Below, piece after piece: positions 35,516-37,654 of a stretch of DNA of 37,654 bases. The DNA lies in the IMG/VR virus record IMGVR_UViG_2529292719_000024. The stretch is one strand, 5' to 3'. The DNA comes from a virus. Lineage: Duplodnaviria; Heunggongvirae; Uroviricota; Caudoviricetes. The translations under genes were made by a program, and so were the position numbers. The notes under the pieces are model-generated. The model was not told the origin of the DNA, ran no database searches, and saw nothing but the letters and a program-made list of their open reading frames with translations. The stretch's first letter is position 1. The number at the start of each line of letters is the position of its first letter.

Positions 35516-36195
35516 CAGACCAGAATAAACACATTGAGAAACTGAAAAAGTTGCTGGCGCTGGCCGCATCCGGCAACCCGCACGAGGCCGCTCTGGCACT
35601 GCGCCGAGCCCGTAAACTGATGGATGTTCACGGCATCACACATTCCGACATTGCTATGAGTGATATTGATGAAACCATCAGTCATTACTGGCCGACAGGC
35701 AGTCTCCGTCCACCGCGCTACATGCTGGGCCTGATGAACATCATCCGCGAGGCATTTGGTGTTAACTCCATCATTCACCCCGGCACGCATCCGTCTGTGG
35801 GGTTCTACGGTAACCGGGAACGAGCGGCACTGGCTGCGTACACCTGGGAAGTGCTGGTCCGCCAACTGAAAAAGGCGCGTCAGCAGTATATCAGCGCACA
35901 GAACAAAAGAATAAAAAACGCCACCCGTACCAGCCGTGGAAACCAGTTTGCTGAAGGCTGGGTACTGGCCGTTATCAGTGAAATACAGTCCTTTGCCCTG
36001 ACCGATGATGAGCGTGAACTGATGCAACAGTGGCTGGAACATAAATACCCGCAAACGCAAACCACCAGGGCGCGTAAACCGGGAAGAAGCCGCAATGGCG
36101 ACGCCTCGCGCTATGCGGGGTTTCGTGAAGGGCAGAACGTCAGACTGCACCGCCCGGTCAGTGGGCAGGAACAACAGAAACTGGAGGCCAGATGA
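35512..36195 (+). CDS. phage early protein with a DUF2786-like N-terminal motif
   Basis: Start refined to MTDQNKHIEKLKKLLALAASGNPHEAALALRRARKLMDVHGIT; basic C-terminal region. Confidence 0.5.
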   Translation: MTDQNKHIEKLKKLLALAASGNPHEAALALRRARKLMDVHGITHSDIAMSDIDETISHYWPTGSLRPPRYMLGLMNIIREAFGVNSIIHPGTHPSVGFYGNRERAALAAYTWEVLVRQLKKARQQYISAQNKRIKNATRTSRGNQFAEGWVLAVISEIQSFALTDDERELMQQWLEHKYPQTQTTRARKPGRSRNGDASRYAGFREGQNVRLHRPVSGQEQQKLEAR

Positions 36196-36422
36196 TTACG
36201 CTATCAGGTAACAGCCGGAAATTAAAAGCCTGCCGAATATCTGCCAGATACCTTTTTGCCCGCGCCTTTTTTAAGAACGTCAGGCCGGGGATCACAATTG
36301 GTGTTATTGCCGGACGCGAACAGGTTGAAAAATACATGTCAGGTGCATGGTGGAATAACGACCCTGTCATTGCTGCCCGTAATATTCATATCAGTTGGGG
36401 GGATATTCAGAATGACGGCTGA
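36192..36422 (+). CDS. hypothetical small protein
   Basis: 76-aa ORF coupled to its neighbours by overlapping start and stop. Confidence 0.35.
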   Translation: MITLSGNSRKLKACRISARYLFARAFFKNVRPGITIGVIAGREQVEKYMSGAWWNNDPVIAARNIHISWGDIQNDG

Positions 36423-36627
36423 ATCTGTTGTATGTGCCCTGTTCTGGTATTGTTTTGTCGGTTGGTGTACTGCTGAACTGCCCCGCCGTTCAGGGTTTTA
36501 TTCACGTTACAGTGGTGCCGGCTACTGGATTAGCTGGTCGGTGATATTCCTGTGCTGGCCTGTGGCGCTTCCTTTATATGTCGATTATATCGGTGGCGCA
36601 GGTAAAAGGAGCAACGATGATGACTAA
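36412..36627 (+). CDS. small two-helix membrane protein
   Basis: Internal ATG at 36412; hydrophobic helices VVCALFWYCFVGWCTAEL and WISWSVIFLCWPVALPLYV. Confidence 0.35.
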   Translation: MTAESVVCALFWYCFVGWCTAELPRRSGFYSRYSGAGYWISWSVIFLCWPVALPLYVDYIGGAGKRSNDDD

Positions 36628-37069
36628 ACAACGTCTTATCCAGCTCATTCATATTGCCCGTAATGAACTGGGTATGGATGAAGACACCTACCGCCAGATG
36701 TTACAGGGGCTGACCGGTAAAGCCTCAACCAAAGGAATGGATACCACACAACTAAACTGCGTGCTGGAATCCATGAAAAGGAAAGGCTTTCGCGTTAAGC
36801 CTGCCGGAAAAGCCAGCTCCGGTTTACCGCTGGATAACCATCCGCAGTCCAGGAAAATCCGTGCGCTATGGCTTGAAATGGCTGCTGCCGGCATTGTTCG
36901 TGACCGTTCAGAAAATGCATTAGCGCGGTGGATCAAGCGGGAAACGGGCATCAGCGCCCTGCGCTGGCTCAATACTGAACAGGCAAGCAGTGTTATTGAG
37001 AAACTGAAGAAGTGGCAGCACAGAGCTGCGGGAGTAAAACATGAGCGACCTGAATCAGTTTCGAAGTAA
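36617..37069 (+). CDS. GemA-like protein (Mu gp16 family)
   Basis: Start refined to MMTKQRLIQLIHIARNELGMDEDTYRQML (AAAGGAG upstream); position just before the Mor-like gene as in Mu. Confidence 0.65.
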   Translation: MMTKQRLIQLIHIARNELGMDEDTYRQMLQGLTGKASTKGMDTTQLNCVLESMKRKGFRVKPAGKASSGLPLDNHPQSRKIRALWLEMAAAGIVRDRSENALARWIKRETGISALRWLNTEQASSVIEKLKKWQHRAAGVKHERPESVSK

Positions 37070-37241
37070 AGGGCCGGAACTCCTGGTGGAACTGGCACAG
37101 CATACCTCTGAGACCGTTCGCGAGATTATTGATATTGAGCCCGCAATTGCCGACCAGATTGGTCAGGCCGTCGCGAACCGCATGATGCAGGTCTGGGGCG
37201 GGCAAAACGTTTATTTCCCGATGGGCATGGTATGGAAGTAA
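37041..37241 (+). pseudogene. Mor/C-family transcription activator, C-terminally truncated by IS66 insertion
   Basis: 66-aa ORF; LLVELAQ...VWGGQNVYFP resembles the Mor N-terminal region (recalled HLGGGQVYIP); the C-terminal DNA-binding part is missing, and the stop codon TAA is formed by the first bases of the IS end (aaG TAA GCG). Confidence 0.65.
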
Positions 37242-37654
37242 GCGACTCGTCAGAACCGTATTGATATTTACTGAGAGCTCAGATCAACTTTCCAGGGCAA
37301 CAGATCGCGTACCCGGTTTGCCGGCCAGTCCTGGATATGTTCAATGACGTAACGCAGCCACTTTTCTGACTCCACATTGTTCAGACGGCATGTGCCGATC
37401 AGCGAGTACAACACCGCCGCATGTTCACCACCGCTGTCGGAACCCGCGAACATCCAGTTTTTCCGGCCTACGGCCACTCCCCGTAAGGCGTTCTCTGCGA
37501 TGTTGTTGTCGATTTCCACCCAGCCATTACTGCAGTACACGTTCAGTGCATCCCACTGTTTCAGCAGGTATGCGAACGCTTTTGCCGTATCTGAGTGACG
37601 CGACAGTGTTTTCATCTGTTGCTGTATCCAGTCATACAGTGACTGCATCAGTGG
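37238..37654 (-). mobile_element. IS66-family insertion sequence, terminal 0.4 kb (continues beyond window)
   Basis: Terminal sequence GTAAGCGACTCGTCAGAACCG at 37238, then an ORF whose C-terminus matches the IS66 TnpC pattern ([26 protein letters not shown]...LPWKVDL). Confidence 0.75.
37268..37654 (-). CDS. IS66-family transposase (TnpC-like), C-terminal part; 5' end outside window
   Basis: 126-aa C-terminal translation with recalled IS66 transposase motifs; the frame is open to the window edge. Confidence 0.75.
   Translation of the reverse strand, partial: PLMQSLYDWIQQQMKTLSRHSDTAKAFAYLLKQWDALNVYCSNGWVEIDNNIAENALRGVAVGRKNWMFAGSDSGGEHAAVLYSLIGTCRLNNVESEKWLRYVIEHIQDWPANRVRDLLPWKVDLSSQ

Noticed and set aside
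35173-36174. 333-aa minus-strand ORF across the early accessory genes
   Set aside because: Runs antisense to a series of short plus-strand genes with good ribosome-binding sites and coupled starts and stops; the translation is Cys/Arg-rich and featureless.

Overview
This window holds about 1.2 kb of enterobacterial host DNA followed by a nearly complete Mu-like transposable prophage, which is interrupted at the right edge by an IS66-family insertion. All calls rest on reading the supplied six-frame translations and the DNA by eye; no database search was run, so family names are recalled resemblances, not hits. Host DNA (1..~1203) carries a GntR/HutC-type regulator and a 5'-truncated GH25 lysozyme-like ORF. 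The prophage late region (1234..26352) lies on the minus strand: lysis cassette, terminase, portal, head, sheath/tube, tape measure, baseplate, tail fibre, then a Gin/Pin-type invertase beside an invertible tail-fibre segment. The early operon (29164..37241) lies on the plus strand: Ner/Cro-like regulator, DDE transposase, AAA+ B-like ATPase, Gam, accessory genes, GemA-like and a Mor-like activator cut by the IS66 end at 37238. The most interesting region is the AT-rich accessory island between them (26483..29113): a short HTH repressor co-transcribed with two uncharacterised membrane proteins, plus an orphan P-loop gene. The repressor C-terminus and the first membrane protein N-terminus share a GDV-GNV-G-VTI peptide motif. 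I propose this as a candidate undescribed exclusion, abortive-infection or induction-sensing module. No tRNA, rRNA or CRISPR array was seen.
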